Assembly (NCBI GenBank): GCA_963724295.1
Contig: CAVRUC010000001.1
Coordinates: 159,822 to 223,821 of the forward strand
DNA: 64,000 nucleotides
Source: an uncultured Chloroflexia bacterium
GTDB lineage: Bacteria; Chloroflexota; Chloroflexia; Thermomicrobiales; UBA6265
Reading direction: 5' to 3'
Below the pieces are notes generated by a model. It was not told the origin of the DNA. It searched no databases and saw only the letters and a program-made list of their open reading frames with translations. The position numbers and the translations under genes are program-made. Below, in pieces: positions 10,004 to 19,000 of the stretch (position 1 is its first letter; the number at the start of each line of letters is the position of its first letter).

Positions 10004-10426
10004 TCACCGGCGCCAGGTGAGCGCGTTATTCAGACTGAAATTCCAGACCGCGGCAATGCCGGCGCCGATGAGGTTGGCAATCAGGTAATCGAGTCCGATG
10101 CGATGCAGGGACACCAGCGTCAGCCAGTTGATGAGCAGCCCTCCGGAATTGATCGACCCGTAGAGCAGGGCCCGGTGCATAACGCGGCCTCGCCCCCGGT
10201 CGTGCCAGGTCCAGCGCTCATTCAAGGCGAACGTTGCGATCATCGACAGGAATATGGCGATCGGTGAGGCCATGGCCACCGCCAGACCGACCTGATCGAC
10301 CAACGCGAATAGAGCGCCCTGGTTGACACCCAGACCGATGGCCCCGACGAGTAGAAACTTCTGGAATCGGCGAGTGATCGTTGCCGATCGGACGACAGAG
10401 CGGGGCAAGCCTTCCGAAGAGAGCAT
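10004..10426 (-). CDS. GtrA-family membrane protein
   Basis: 140 aa with 4 TM segments. Typical GtrA signatures are FLLVGAIGLGVNQGALFAL and FALNERWTWHDR...AVWNFSLNNALTWRR. Confidence 0.85.
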   Translation of the reverse strand: MLSSEGLPRSVVRSATITRRFQKFLLVGAIGLGVNQGALFALVDQVGLAVAMASPIAIFLSMIATFALNERWTWHDRGRGRVMHRALLYGSINSGGLLINWLTLVSLHRIGLDYLIANLIGAGIAAVWNFSLNNALTWRR

Positions 10427-10549
10427 CAGCGGGGGTCCCTCCGCGGGCGGGTTTCAGCCACTTCTGCACGTTGATCGCGTCCAGGGAATCCGGACCCGGC
10501 AACAGTACCACGATCTCGCCGGCAACCCGATGCGGGCCAGCGCCACTGC

Positions 10550-11854
10550 TTATGGCGAGACTGCGGCGTCCTCCACTGCTTCGAAGGCTGCCCGCAACTG
10601 TGCATCCGCCGAACCCTCCAGCTCGCTCTCGGTCAGCTCAGGATCGTCCTCCGGCCGCGAAGGAAACGCGTCCCTCGCGAGCGTGACGAACTGATCGGGC
10701 TCGACCCCTTCTTTCCAGACGTGATCGCCTTCTGGCGTCAACCAGAATGCCGTAGCCAGCACGACGCTCGAACCATCGTCCTGAGGAAACGTCGTCAACA
10801 CCGTACCTGTGCCGAACGTCGTTTCCCCGACAAGCCGAGCTCGTCCATTGTCGCGAAGTGCGGCAGCAAGAACTTCCGCACCTGAAGCCGAGTCATCGTC
10901 GATTAGCACAACGAGTGCCAGGTCCTGCCAGGCGCCGGTCCGGCCGACGGTCTTGATCAGCCGAGCCTCTTGATCCCGCTCCTTCTCCTGGAAAATCGTG
11001 GATCCCTCATCGAGAAATTCCGACGCAACGCCGATCACCTCCGGCACGAGCCCGCCGGGATTGCCGCGCAGGTCGAGAATCAGCCGCTGCGCGCCCTCCT
11101 CGCGAATGGTCTGCAGAGCGCTCCGCACCTTCTGATTGACGCTAGGCTCGAAACCGGTGACACGGAGCTGGACCGTCTTATCTGGCAGCCAGCGCCAGGT
11201 GACCGGGTGAAGCTCGATCGTTTGCCGGGTGACCTCGACGCGCAGCGGATCGGGTTGATTGGGCCGCTCGATCGTGAGGGTCAGGTGGTCACCTTCTTTG
11301 CCGAGAATCAGATCGCGCAGGCTGCGCATATCCAAGCGGCGGGTCGAAACGTCGTCAACCTCGGCAATGACATCCCCCGGCTGGAGACCCGCGGCCTCTG
11401 CCGGCGATCCTTTCATCGTCGAAGCCACGACGGGAACGCCGCAACGGGAATCGACCTCGACGCCGATTCCGACATATTCGGCCTTCTGGGCCTCCTCCAT
11501 CTCCGCTGTCGAGACCGGATCGAGGAACCCGCTGTGCCCTTCATCGCCGATTGCATCGACCATACCCTGCGCGGCGCCGTAGATGAGGTCCGCATCGTCG
11601 ATCTGTTCGGGTTCCGGCCACTGCTCGTGAATAAGCTCCCAGGTCTCCTCCAGTGTCGCGAACTCCGGTCGCCCGGTCAGCGACGACTCGGCCACCGCGT
11701 CGCGTGATCCGCCCAGGTCGCTTCCGCCGGCGACCACGCCCAGCGCAAATGCACCGGCCACGATTACCGTCGCCGCGCCGGCTCTTCCCTTGCGTCCGAG
11801 AGACGTGACGACCGACGTGCGGTCACGGTCCTCGTCTACCGTCCGTGATGTCAT
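10550..11854 (-). CDS. ctpA: S41 family C-terminal processing peptidase (PDZ domain)
   Basis: N-terminal TM anchor, PDZ segment GIGVEVD...MKGSPAEAAGLQPGDVIAEVDD, and catalytic region LVVLIDDDSASGAEVLAAALRDNGRARLVGETTFGTGTV. Confidence 0.85.
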   Translation of the reverse strand: MTSRTVDEDRDRTSVVTSLGRKGRAGAATVIVAGAFALGVVAGGSDLGGSRDAVAESSLTGRPEFATLEETWELIHEQWPEPEQIDDADLIYGAAQGMVDAIGDEGHSGFLDPVSTAEMEEAQKAEYVGIGVEVDSRCGVPVVASTMKGSPAEAAGLQPGDVIAEVDDVSTRRLDMRSLRDLILGKEGDHLTLTIERPNQPDPLRVEVTRQTIELHPVTWRWLPDKTVQLRVTGFEPSVNQKVRSALQTIREEGAQRLILDLRGNPGGLVPEVIGVASEFLDEGSTIFQEKERDQEARLIKTVGRTGAWQDLALVVLIDDDSASGAEVLAAALRDNGRARLVGETTFGTGTVLTTFPQDDGSSVVLATAFWLTPEGDHVWKEGVEPDQFVTLARDAFPSRPEDDPELTESELEGSADAQLRAAFEAVEDAAVSP

Positions 11855-11996
11855 GGTGGATCGTTCCTTTGCTACGCTGATACCGCCTAAATCACTAATG
11901 CCTGTGATACGTATGCGATGATCGCCGGGTTCCGCACGGGCTCAATACCGACGGCGCATCGGTCGACTGCGGAGACAGTCCTCCGCTGTGGGCCTA

Positions 11997-12005
11997 TGGT
12001 ATACT
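11997..12005 (+). promoter_or_regulatory. Candidate extended -10 promoter element for rplU (TGgTATACT)
   Basis: TGG 11997-11999 is followed by TATACT 12000-12005, about 70-140 nt upstream of the candidate rplU starts. No good -35 element is present. Confidence 0.35.
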
Positions 12006-12015
12006 CACCTGTCGC

Positions 12016-12040
12016 GGGTGCGTTGGCGCACCCACTTTTT
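12016..12040 (+). terminator. Terminator-like hairpin plus T-run in the rplU leader (candidate attenuator / r-protein leader)
   Basis: GGGTGCG (12016-12022), loop TTGG, CGCACCC (12027-12033), then AC TTTTT (12036-12040). No upstream plus-strand gene exists for it to terminate. Confidence 0.4.
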
Positions 12041-12075
12041 GCGTTGCACGGAACCCGGGTACCCATCCCGCCGGT

Positions 12076-12495
12076 GTGGAAGAGCGAGCGAAGATCGTCA
12101 TGACCGAATCAGGATCGAGCACCGAGCCAGAGCAGCCGCTTATGCCGACCCAGCCACGCTCCGACGCGGGTTCGGGCAGCAGACCGTATGCCATTATCGA
12201 GACCGGCGGCAAGCAGTATCGTGTCGCGGTCGGTGACCGTCTTTCAATCGAAAAGCTGCCAGTCGAGGCGGGCGCGGGCATCACATTCGATCGGGTGCTC
12301 ATGGTCGGCGGCGACGGATCGCCCAGAGTCGGCACACCACTCGTGGCCGGGGCCACCGTCCAGGCAGAAGTCGAGCAGCAATTTCGCGGTCCGAAAATCG
12401 TCGTTTTCAAGTACAAGCCGAAGAAGCGATACCGGCGTCGCACGGGCCACCGCCAGGCGATGACGCGGGTGGCGATCACGGCGATCAACGCCTAG
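12076..12495 (+). CDS. rplU: 50S ribosomal protein L21
   Basis: YAIIETGGKQYRVAVGDRLSIEKL...FKYKPKKRYRRRTGHRQAMTRVAI. The start is uncertain, with in-frame ATGs at 12100 and 12142. Confidence 0.95.
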   Translation: MEERAKIVMTESGSSTEPEQPLMPTQPRSDAGSGSRPYAIIETGGKQYRVAVGDRLSIEKLPVEAGAGITFDRVLMVGGDGSPRVGTPLVAGATVQAEVEQQFRGPKIVVFKYKPKKRYRRRTGHRQAMTRVAITAINA

Positions 12496-12522
12496 ATCAG
12501 CAGAATCAAGGGAGAGACAGTC

Positions 12523-12861
12523 ATGGCTCACAAGAAAGGCGTTGGCAGCTCGCGGAACGGTCGTGATAGCGAGTCGAAACGGCTCGGTGTCAAACGAGCC
12601 GATGGCCAGTTCGTTCGCTCCGGAACGATCGTGGTTCGCCAGCGCGGAACGCAGTTCTGGGTCGGGCAGAACGTTGGCATCGGCAAGGACCACACGATCT
12701 ACGCCAAGATCGATGGCGTGGTGCGCTTCGAGCCGGTAACCCGTGCCAAGCGGCGTATCAGCGTCTACCCACCAGATGTCTACCCGGTCGGCGGTGGCAA
12801 GGAACTCATCAAGCCGGCCTATGAATCGATTGTTTACGCGGAATCAGGAGCGGCCGACTAA
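12523..12861 (+). CDS. rpmA: 50S ribosomal protein L27 (with C-terminal extension)
   Basis: [43 protein letters not shown]. The RBS AAGGGAGAG lies upstream. Confidence 0.95.
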   Translation: MAHKKGVGSSRNGRDSESKRLGVKRADGQFVRSGTIVVRQRGTQFWVGQNVGIGKDHTIYAKIDGVVRFEPVTRAKRRISVYPPDVYPVGGGKELIKPAYESIVYAESGAAD

Positions 12862-12921
12862 CTCCGGGCGTTACCTGTTCCGTCTGATTTGCCTCTTGCG
12901 TGGTATGGAGCTCTCTTCCCA

Positions 12922-13278
12922 ATGAAGCCTGGAATTCACCCCGAATATGTCGAAGCCACGGTCACCTGTGCCTGTGGCAATACCTTTGTCACGCGATCGA
13001 CGAAGCCGTCCCTGCGCACCGATCTCTGTAACGTCTGTCATCCGTTCTACACGGGCGAGCAGCGAATCGTGGACACCGCCGGGCAGGTCGAGCGCTTCAT
13101 GCGTCGAGTCGAGGCCGCGGCGGGATCGAGTCGTCCGTCCAAGCGCCAGTCGCGCCTGTCGGCTCGAGCCGAGCGCGATGCCGCCGCGCGACGGGGTACC
13201 GAGACCGAAGATGCCGCTCCTGAAGCGGCGGAAGATGTCGTCGGAGCAGCCTCAGGCGCCAGCGGCGACACTGCCTGA
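12922..13278 (+). CDS. rpmE: 50S ribosomal protein L31 (Zn-ribbon type A) with a long Ala/Glu/Arg-rich C-terminal tail
   Basis: [28 protein letters not shown]...[24 protein letters not shown]. About 50 extra C-terminal residues follow. Confidence 0.9.
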   Translation: MKPGIHPEYVEATVTCACGNTFVTRSTKPSLRTDLCNVCHPFYTGEQRIVDTAGQVERFMRRVEAAAGSSRPSKRQSRLSARAERDAAARRGTETEDAAPEAAEDVVGAASGASGDTA

Positions 13279-13307
13279 TCGTCGGGCGCCACAATCGTGT
13301 CCTCGGT

Positions 13308-13341
13308 GGAGACCCGCTTCCAGCGGGTCTCCGTTATTTCC
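13308..13341 (+). terminator. Intrinsic terminator after rpmE
   Basis: Perfect 10-bp stem GGAGACCCGC (13308-13317) / GCGGGTCTCC (13323-13332) with loop TTCCA, followed by GTTATTTCC. Confidence 0.7.
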
Positions 13342-13487
13342 GGATCGGTCTGCCCGCGCGCGTATGATGGGGTCCGGCCTGGAATTTGCTAAAACACCTG
13401 AACAGAGCAGATTGCCGAATCCGCGCGGGGAGAAGCCGCATGCGCGAGGGGACATCCACCGCGATCTGGCAAAGAACAGGAGAGAGC

Positions 13488-14003
13488 TTGGCAGTTCAGG
13501 GCAACGACGTCGGCTCGATCCTCGCGTTCATCGAGATCCCTCGCGGTAGCCGCAACAAGTACGAGTACGACGAAGGGACTGGACGGTTTCTGCTCGACCG
13601 GGTCCTCTATTCGTCGGTCCACTATCCGACAGACTACGGATTCATCACCGAGACGCTGGCAGAAGACGGCGATTCCCTCGACGTGCTCGTCCTGGTGCAG
13701 GAACCGACGTTCCCTGGTTGCCTGATCCCTGCTCGACCGCTTGGCGGCCTCGATATGCACGACGAGAAGGGCTCAGACTTCAAGGTCCTCGCCGTGCCAG
13801 TCGGCGATCCGCGCTATGCCCATGTGCGGACGCTGGCCGATATCGGGAACCATTGGTTGCGCGAGATCGAGACCTTCTTCGCCACGTACAAGCAGCTGGA
13901 ACCGAAGCAGACCGAGGTTCTGGGCTGGCACGACCTCGAGGAGACGCTGCGGACGGTTGCCACCTGCCGCGAGCGGTATCGCGTGGCCCGCGGCGGCCAA
14001 TAG
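13488..14003 (+). CDS. ppa: Inorganic pyrophosphatase (family I)
   Basis: FIEIPRGSRNKYEYDEGTGRFLLDRVLYSSVHYPTDYGFI..TLAEDGDSLDVLVL. I prefer the TTG 13488 start, just downstream of AGGAGAGAG. The track ORF extends to 13386. Confidence 0.9.
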   Translation: MAVQGNDVGSILAFIEIPRGSRNKYEYDEGTGRFLLDRVLYSSVHYPTDYGFITETLAEDGDSLDVLVLVQEPTFPGCLIPARPLGGLDMHDEKGSDFKVLAVPVGDPRYAHVRTLADIGNHWLREIETFFATYKQLEPKQTEVLGWHDLEETLRTVATCRERYRVARGGQ

Positions 14004-14105
14004 TTAACTTGCCACGCTTGGACGTGATTTCCGGGGTGGGTGTTTCACGCGTCCCAGCGCACCGTCAACAGGACCTCACGGTCGCGTCGGAACTTGGATG
14101 AATCA

Positions 14106-15689
14106 ATGGAGCGAATCCGCAACCGTCAGAGCGGCGTAATCTGTCACCCAACATCGTTTCCGGGACCGCACGGGATCGGAGACTTCGGCGAAGCCGCGTT
14201 TCGCTACGTCGATTGGCTCGCTCGCGGGCGGCAAACGCTCTGGCAGCTATTGCCGCTTGGCCCGACCGGCCTGGGAAACTCTCCCTATGCGTCGCCGTCC
14301 GCCTTCGCCGGCAATGAGCTCCTCATCTCCCTCCCCTGGTTGGCCGGAGATGGTCTACTCGACCCCGCTGCCTTTGACGACGCCCCACCGTTTTCCACGT
14401 CTTGTGTCGAATATGACGACGTACGCGCATTCAAGCGGCCACTGCTGCGCAAGGCATTCGATCGCTTTCGCCGCGGCGCCGCGTCGGAATATCGCCCCGC
14501 CCTCGACGTGTTCCGGGACCAGCAGGCAGGATGGCTGGAGGACTACGCCACCTTCATGGCCCTGAAGAGCGCCCATAGCGAAGGCGCCTGGAGCGACTGG
14601 CCGGCTGAAGTCGCCCTCAGGGAGACCGCTGCGCTCGCTGCCGCGAAGGAGCGTTTCAGAGACGAGATTCGGTTTCACGAGTTCACACAATTCCTGTTTC
14701 ACCGGCAGTGGACCGAGGTGCGTCGCTACGCGAACCAGCGGGGCATCGCCGTGCTCGGCGACCTGCCGATCTTCGTCGCCTATGACAGTGCCGATGTCTG
14801 GGCGCATCGAGACCTGTTCCGGCTCGATCCACACGGCCGTCCGACGGTCGTGGCCGGCGTTCCTCCCGATGCCTTTACCGCGGAGGGGCAGTTCTGGGGA
14901 AATCCGATCTATGACTGGAACCGCAGCGCTGAAACCGGCTATGCCTGGTGGATCGAGCGGGTCCGGTCCTCGCTCCAGCAGGTCGACGTGCTCCGCATCG
15001 ACCACTTCCGCGCCTTCGCCGCATCCTGGGTCGTGCCGGCCGATGCTCGCACCGCCGCGGCTGGCCACTGGGAGAAGGGACCAGGACGGGCCATCTTCGA
15101 CGCCATGGAGCAAGCGCTGGGAGAGCTCTCTTTCATCGTCGAGGATCTCGGACTCATCACCCCGGATGTCGTCGCGCTGCGCGAAGAGCTCGGGTTCCCC
15201 GGCATGAAAGTGTTGCAATTCGCGTTCGACAGCGGCCCCGCCAATGCCTATCTTCCACACAATTACGTGCCGGATTCAGTGGTCTACACAGGGACCCATG
15301 ACAACCAGACGACGATCGGTTGGTTCCGCACATTGCCAGATCCGGTGCGCGCCAGTGCGCAGCGATACCTGGGACGCGATGGCAGCGATATCGCGTGGGA
15401 TCTGATTCGCACCGCGCTGGCTTCGATCGCCGACCGTGCTATTGCCCCATTGCAGGATGTGATGCGTCTCGATGATGACGCCCGCATGAATGCCCCGGGC
15501 AGCCCGTCCGGCAATTGGGCCTGGCGCTACGCTCCGCACCAGCTGCACGAAGGGCTGGCGGACGGGCTGCGCGAACTGACCGACACCTACGGTCGATCGG
15601 CCGCGATCGAGCTGCCGCGGGGACACGATCCGTATGACTACACGGCGCCGGATGCGACCCACCTGCTGCATATGCACGCGAGTCCGTGA
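14106..15689 (+). CDS. malQ: 4-alpha-glucanotransferase (amylomaltase, GH77)
   Basis: RQSGVICHPTSFPGPHGIGDFGEAAFRYVDWLARGRQTLWQLLPLGPTG..NSPYASPSAFAGNELLIS; ...DHFRAF...YTGTHDNQT. Confidence 0.9.
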   Translation: MERIRNRQSGVICHPTSFPGPHGIGDFGEAAFRYVDWLARGRQTLWQLLPLGPTGLGNSPYASPSAFAGNELLISLPWLAGDGLLDPAAFDDAPPFSTSCVEYDDVRAFKRPLLRKAFDRFRRGAASEYRPALDVFRDQQAGWLEDYATFMALKSAHSEGAWSDWPAEVALRETAALAAAKERFRDEIRFHEFTQFLFHRQWTEVRRYANQRGIAVLGDLPIFVAYDSADVWAHRDLFRLDPHGRPTVVAGVPPDAFTAEGQFWGNPIYDWNRSAETGYAWWIERVRSSLQQVDVLRIDHFRAFAASWVVPADARTAAAGHWEKGPGRAIFDAMEQALGELSFIVEDLGLITPDVVALREELGFPGMKVLQFAFDSGPANAYLPHNYVPDSVVYTGTHDNQTTIGWFRTLPDPVRASAQRYLGRDGSDIAWDLIRTALASIADRAIAPLQDVMRLDDDARMNAPGSPSGNWAWRYAPHQLHEGLADGLRELTDTYGRSAAIELPRGHDPYDYTAPDATHLLHMHASP

Positions 15690-15755
15690 GACCGCACCAA
15701 CCGTTTGATATGACGTTGAGCCCGAACATCGGGGCGGGTAGAAGGGAGGAATGAC

Positions 15756-17489
15756 GTGGCAGCGCCAGTCGGGGCCTTCACATTCATGTTGCATAGCCAT
15801 CTTCCATACGCCAGACAGGCGGGGATGTGGCCACACGGCGAGGAGTGGGTGCACGAGGCCATTGCCGAAACCTATGTCCCACTTCTGAACGCTCTCTACG
15901 ACCTGCGCGAAGAGGGCATTGCCTTCCGGCTGACGATCGGCATTACGCCGATCCTCGGCGAGCAGCTGGCCGATCCGTTGATCGTGGAGCACTTCATCGC
16001 CTACGCCGCCGAACGGGCCGCCAAAGCGGCGCTGGACGTGGACCGCTTCGAGCGAGCGGGCGATGTCACATTTCGCGACCTGGCTCGCTTCTATCACCAC
16101 TGGTACGCACGGGTGCTCACGTCGTTCCAGGACAGATTCGGCGGCAATCTGCTTGGCGCGTTCGGCACGTTGCAGGACGAAGGGCTCGTCGAAATCGCCA
16201 CCAGCGCCGCCACCCACGGCTACCTGCCGCTCCTCTCCCGCGATTCCTCGATCCACGGGCAGCTTCACACCGGAGTCGAAACCTACCGCCGATGGTTTGG
16301 GCGGTCGCCGCAAGCGGTCTGGCTGCCCGAATGCGCTTATCGACCCGCGATCATTGAAGACGAAGGTGGGCGGGCTGTGCGCCGGCCTGGCCTGGAATCG
16401 TTCCTCGCCGAGGAAGGGCTACTGGTCTTTTTCAGCGAAACCCACACGGTCGAAGGCGGCCGCCCGGTCGGAATGGCGGTGCCCGGCACGATCGGACCGT
16501 ACGGCATGATCGCCCGGCGCTACGCCTCGACGATCACCCCGCCGGAGCCGGACCAGCAGCTGGCGCCGGGAACCTCGCTTCGCCCCTACTGGGTCGGCGA
16601 CGCCCCGGGGCAAGTGGCCGTCCTGGCCCGGCACGAGCGGACTGGCCAGCAGGTCTGGTCGGCGGCATTCGGGTACCCCGGGGACTTCGTCTATCGCGAG
16701 TTTCACCGCAAGGACGCCGAGTCCGGCATGCAGTATTGGCGGGTCTCCGGGGCGGGCGTTGACCTTGGCCGGAAGCAGCCGTACGACCCACAGCGTGCCG
16801 CCGATCAGGTCCAGTCGCACGCCGACCACTACGTCCACCTGATCGAGGAGCAGCTGCGCGAATTTCACGAGCAAAGCGGCGAGTTCGGCTCCATCACGGC
16901 GTCGTACGATACCGAGCTCTTCGGTCACTGGTGGTTCGAGGGCGTCGATTGGTTGAAGGCGGTCCTGCGCGGGCTTGCCGGGCGGCCGGCTGTCGAGCTC
17001 AGCACGGCGAGCCGGGTCGTCGAGGAGCACCCGCCGCGCGAGGTGCTGTCGCTGCCGGAATCGAGCTGGGGAGCCGGGGGCGGCCACTTCACCTGGCTGA
17101 ACGACGATACAGAGTGGATGTGGCCCTTGATCCACGCCGCCGAACGTCGCATGGAAGACCTCGTCACCCGTTTCCCCAGCTCGGACGGCACCCGTCGCGA
17201 CGTGCTCAATCAGGCTGCCCGAGAGCTTCTTCTCCTGCAGAGCAGCGACTGGCCATTCCTGGTGACCACGCTCCAGGCGAAGGTGTACGCCGTCGAACGC
17301 TTCCAGGAGCACCTCGAACGGTTCGATCAGCTTGCCGCGCTCGCCGAGGCCGGCACCTATTCCGCCGCGGACGAGAACTACCTCGCCGCGCTGCGCGAGC
17401 GCGATAACCCGTTTGCAACGATCGATTATGGGGATTGGGCGCCACGCCAGGGCTACGTCGGGGTGCCTCCCGCGGCGTCTGCTGTCTGA
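15756..17489 (+). CDS. GH57 family 1,4-alpha-glucan branching enzyme
   Basis: GAFTFMLHSHLPYARQAGMWPHGEEWVHEAIAETYVPLL; GH57 plus DUF1957-like C-terminal half (SSDWPFLVTT). GTG start with RBS GAAGGGAGGA. Confidence 0.85.
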   Translation: MAAPVGAFTFMLHSHLPYARQAGMWPHGEEWVHEAIAETYVPLLNALYDLREEGIAFRLTIGITPILGEQLADPLIVEHFIAYAAERAAKAALDVDRFERAGDVTFRDLARFYHHWYARVLTSFQDRFGGNLLGAFGTLQDEGLVEIATSAATHGYLPLLSRDSSIHGQLHTGVETYRRWFGRSPQAVWLPECAYRPAIIEDEGGRAVRRPGLESFLAEEGLLVFFSETHTVEGGRPVGMAVPGTIGPYGMIARRYASTITPPEPDQQLAPGTSLRPYWVGDAPGQVAVLARHERTGQQVWSAAFGYPGDFVYREFHRKDAESGMQYWRVSGAGVDLGRKQPYDPQRAADQVQSHADHYVHLIEEQLREFHEQSGEFGSITASYDTELFGHWWFEGVDWLKAVLRGLAGRPAVELSTASRVVEEHPPREVLSLPESSWGAGGGHFTWLNDDTEWMWPLIHAAERRMEDLVTRFPSSDGTRRDVLNQAARELLLLQSSDWPFLVTTLQAKVYAVERFQEHLERFDQLAALAEAGTYSAADENYLAALRERDNPFATIDYGDWAPRQGYVGVPPAASAV

Positions 17490-19000
17490 TCGAGGAGATC
17501 GGGAAGCAGCGCGCGCAGCGGCAACGCGAGCCAGTCCGGTCGATTCCTCACTTCGTAGGCGACCTCGTAGAGCGCCTTGTCCAGCTCCCAGGCGGCCAGC
17601 GCCCGGGCGAAGGCCGCTTCGTCGCCTGGCACGAATCGCAGTTCGCTAGCGACCAGCGCTTGGCGGTATCCCGCGAGGAACCCGCGGCGGGCCCCCAGCT
17701 CCCAGGACTCGAGCCGGCTCCTCGCCGCAGAGCGGTCCGCGGAAACGCCAGCGGACCGCTCTGCGGCGCCCCGCGCATAGGCAAACGACCGCAGCATGCC
17801 GGCGACATCCTTCAGCACCGACGCTCGTTGACGCCGTTCCTCCAGGGATCGCGCCGGCTCTCCCTCGAAGTCGATGATGACCCAGTCTCCGTCCGGCGTG
17901 CGCAGCGTCTGACCGAGGTGATAATCGCCATGGACGCGGATGCGCCGCGTCCCCAGCTCGTCCCGGTAACCGCTGGCACGCTCGTCAAGCGCCCGCAACC
18001 CCGCGATCGTGTCAGGCAGTCTGCTGGCGATGTCGGGTGGCAGGTGACCCCGGCGCTCCTGGAGGAGCCGGATCGTCTCATCGATCGCGGCTCGGGTGCG
18101 GTCGGTATCTCTGTCGATGGCCGCACGATCGGTCGTCTCGGGGAAAAACCCGGGATCCTGGACCACTCCGAGCGCGACATGCAGCTCGCCAGTCCTCTGG
18201 CCCAGTCGCTGCTCCGCGGCAAACCGGTCGGCCCCCGGGTCGATGTCTCCCGCGGCGACCCCGGCCAGCCGCTGCAGCAGCCACGACCAACCGTCACCGA
18301 TATTCGGGACAAACCCCTGCGCCAGCGCGACCGCGTATGGTGCTCCATCTGCCGAACGCCAGGAAACGGAGCCGGCGTAGCGCGGCACTCGCTCGAACCT
18401 GACGTCAGCCAGCGCGCGCAGGACCTCTTCGTCGGGATTGAGCCCCGGTTGCAGACGTCGAAAGAGCTTGACAATCAGGACGTCGCCGAAGCGCAACGAC
18501 GAGTTGCTCTGCTCCGCCCGAACCACCGTAGGGGGAATGCCACGAGCGGCCGCAATATCGGCACCGGCGGCAGGGTGGGCGGCAAAAGTCCAGTTCCCGT
18601 GCGCCGCGTCATTCGTTCCGGCCACGTGATCGAGCAGCCAGCCGCCAAACCACGGTCGGTCGGTCGCGTCGACGACCACACCAGTAACATCACCGGTCTC
18701 GACCCTGGTGATGGTTTCCGCGGATTCTTCAGATTCGGTCAACGCCAGCGGCAAGAGATAGCGCGCCACGTTTCCATCGCCGAACGTGACCCGCGCTACT
18801 GCCAGCGCGAGCCAGTCCAGGCCGGCGCGCTCGATGAGCGCATCCTCGATCGCCGCCCCAGTGATGCCACGGCCCTTGTCCGCGAACCAGCGACGGGTCT
18901 CCAGCCAGTTCGGCAGCGCTTCGGCGCCGGTTTCGCTGAGCAGGGACCGGATAGCGCTGGCTCTGACCTCATCCGGTTGCAATGCGCCGGATGAGCTCAT
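17453..19000 (-). CDS. pep2: Maltokinase (Pep2/Mak, aminoglycoside-phosphotransferase fold)
   Basis: [60 protein letters not shown] 19000 overlaps the treS stop (ATGA). The 3' end overlaps the convergent GH57 gene by 37 nt. Confidence 0.85.
   Translation of the reverse strand: MSSSGALQPDEVRASAIRSLLSETGAEALPNWLETRRWFADKGRGITGAAIEDALIERAGLDWLALAVARVTFGDGNVARYLLPLALTESEESAETITRVETGDVTGVVVDATDRPWFGGWLLDHVAGTNDAAHGNWTFAAHPAAGADIAAARGIPPTVVRAEQSNSSLRFGDVLIVKLFRRLQPGLNPDEEVLRALADVRFERVPRYAGSVSWRSADGAPYAVALAQGFVPNIGDGWSWLLQRLAGVAAGDIDPGADRFAAEQRLGQRTGELHVALGVVQDPGFFPETTDRAAIDRDTDRTRAAIDETIRLLQERRGHLPPDIASRLPDTIAGLRALDERASGYRDELGTRRIRVHGDYHLGQTLRTPDGDWVIIDFEGEPARSLEERRQRASVLKDVAGMLRSFAYARGAAERSAGVSADRSAARSRLESWELGARRGFLAGYRQALVASELRFVPGDEAAFARALAAWELDKALYEVAYEVRNRPDWLALPLRALLPDLLDQTADAAGGTPT

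Noticed and set aside
17435-18994. 519-aa plus-strand ORF.
   Set aside because: It is antisense to the maltokinase gene, which has clear family motifs. The plus-frame product is Arg/Pro-rich with no motifs.
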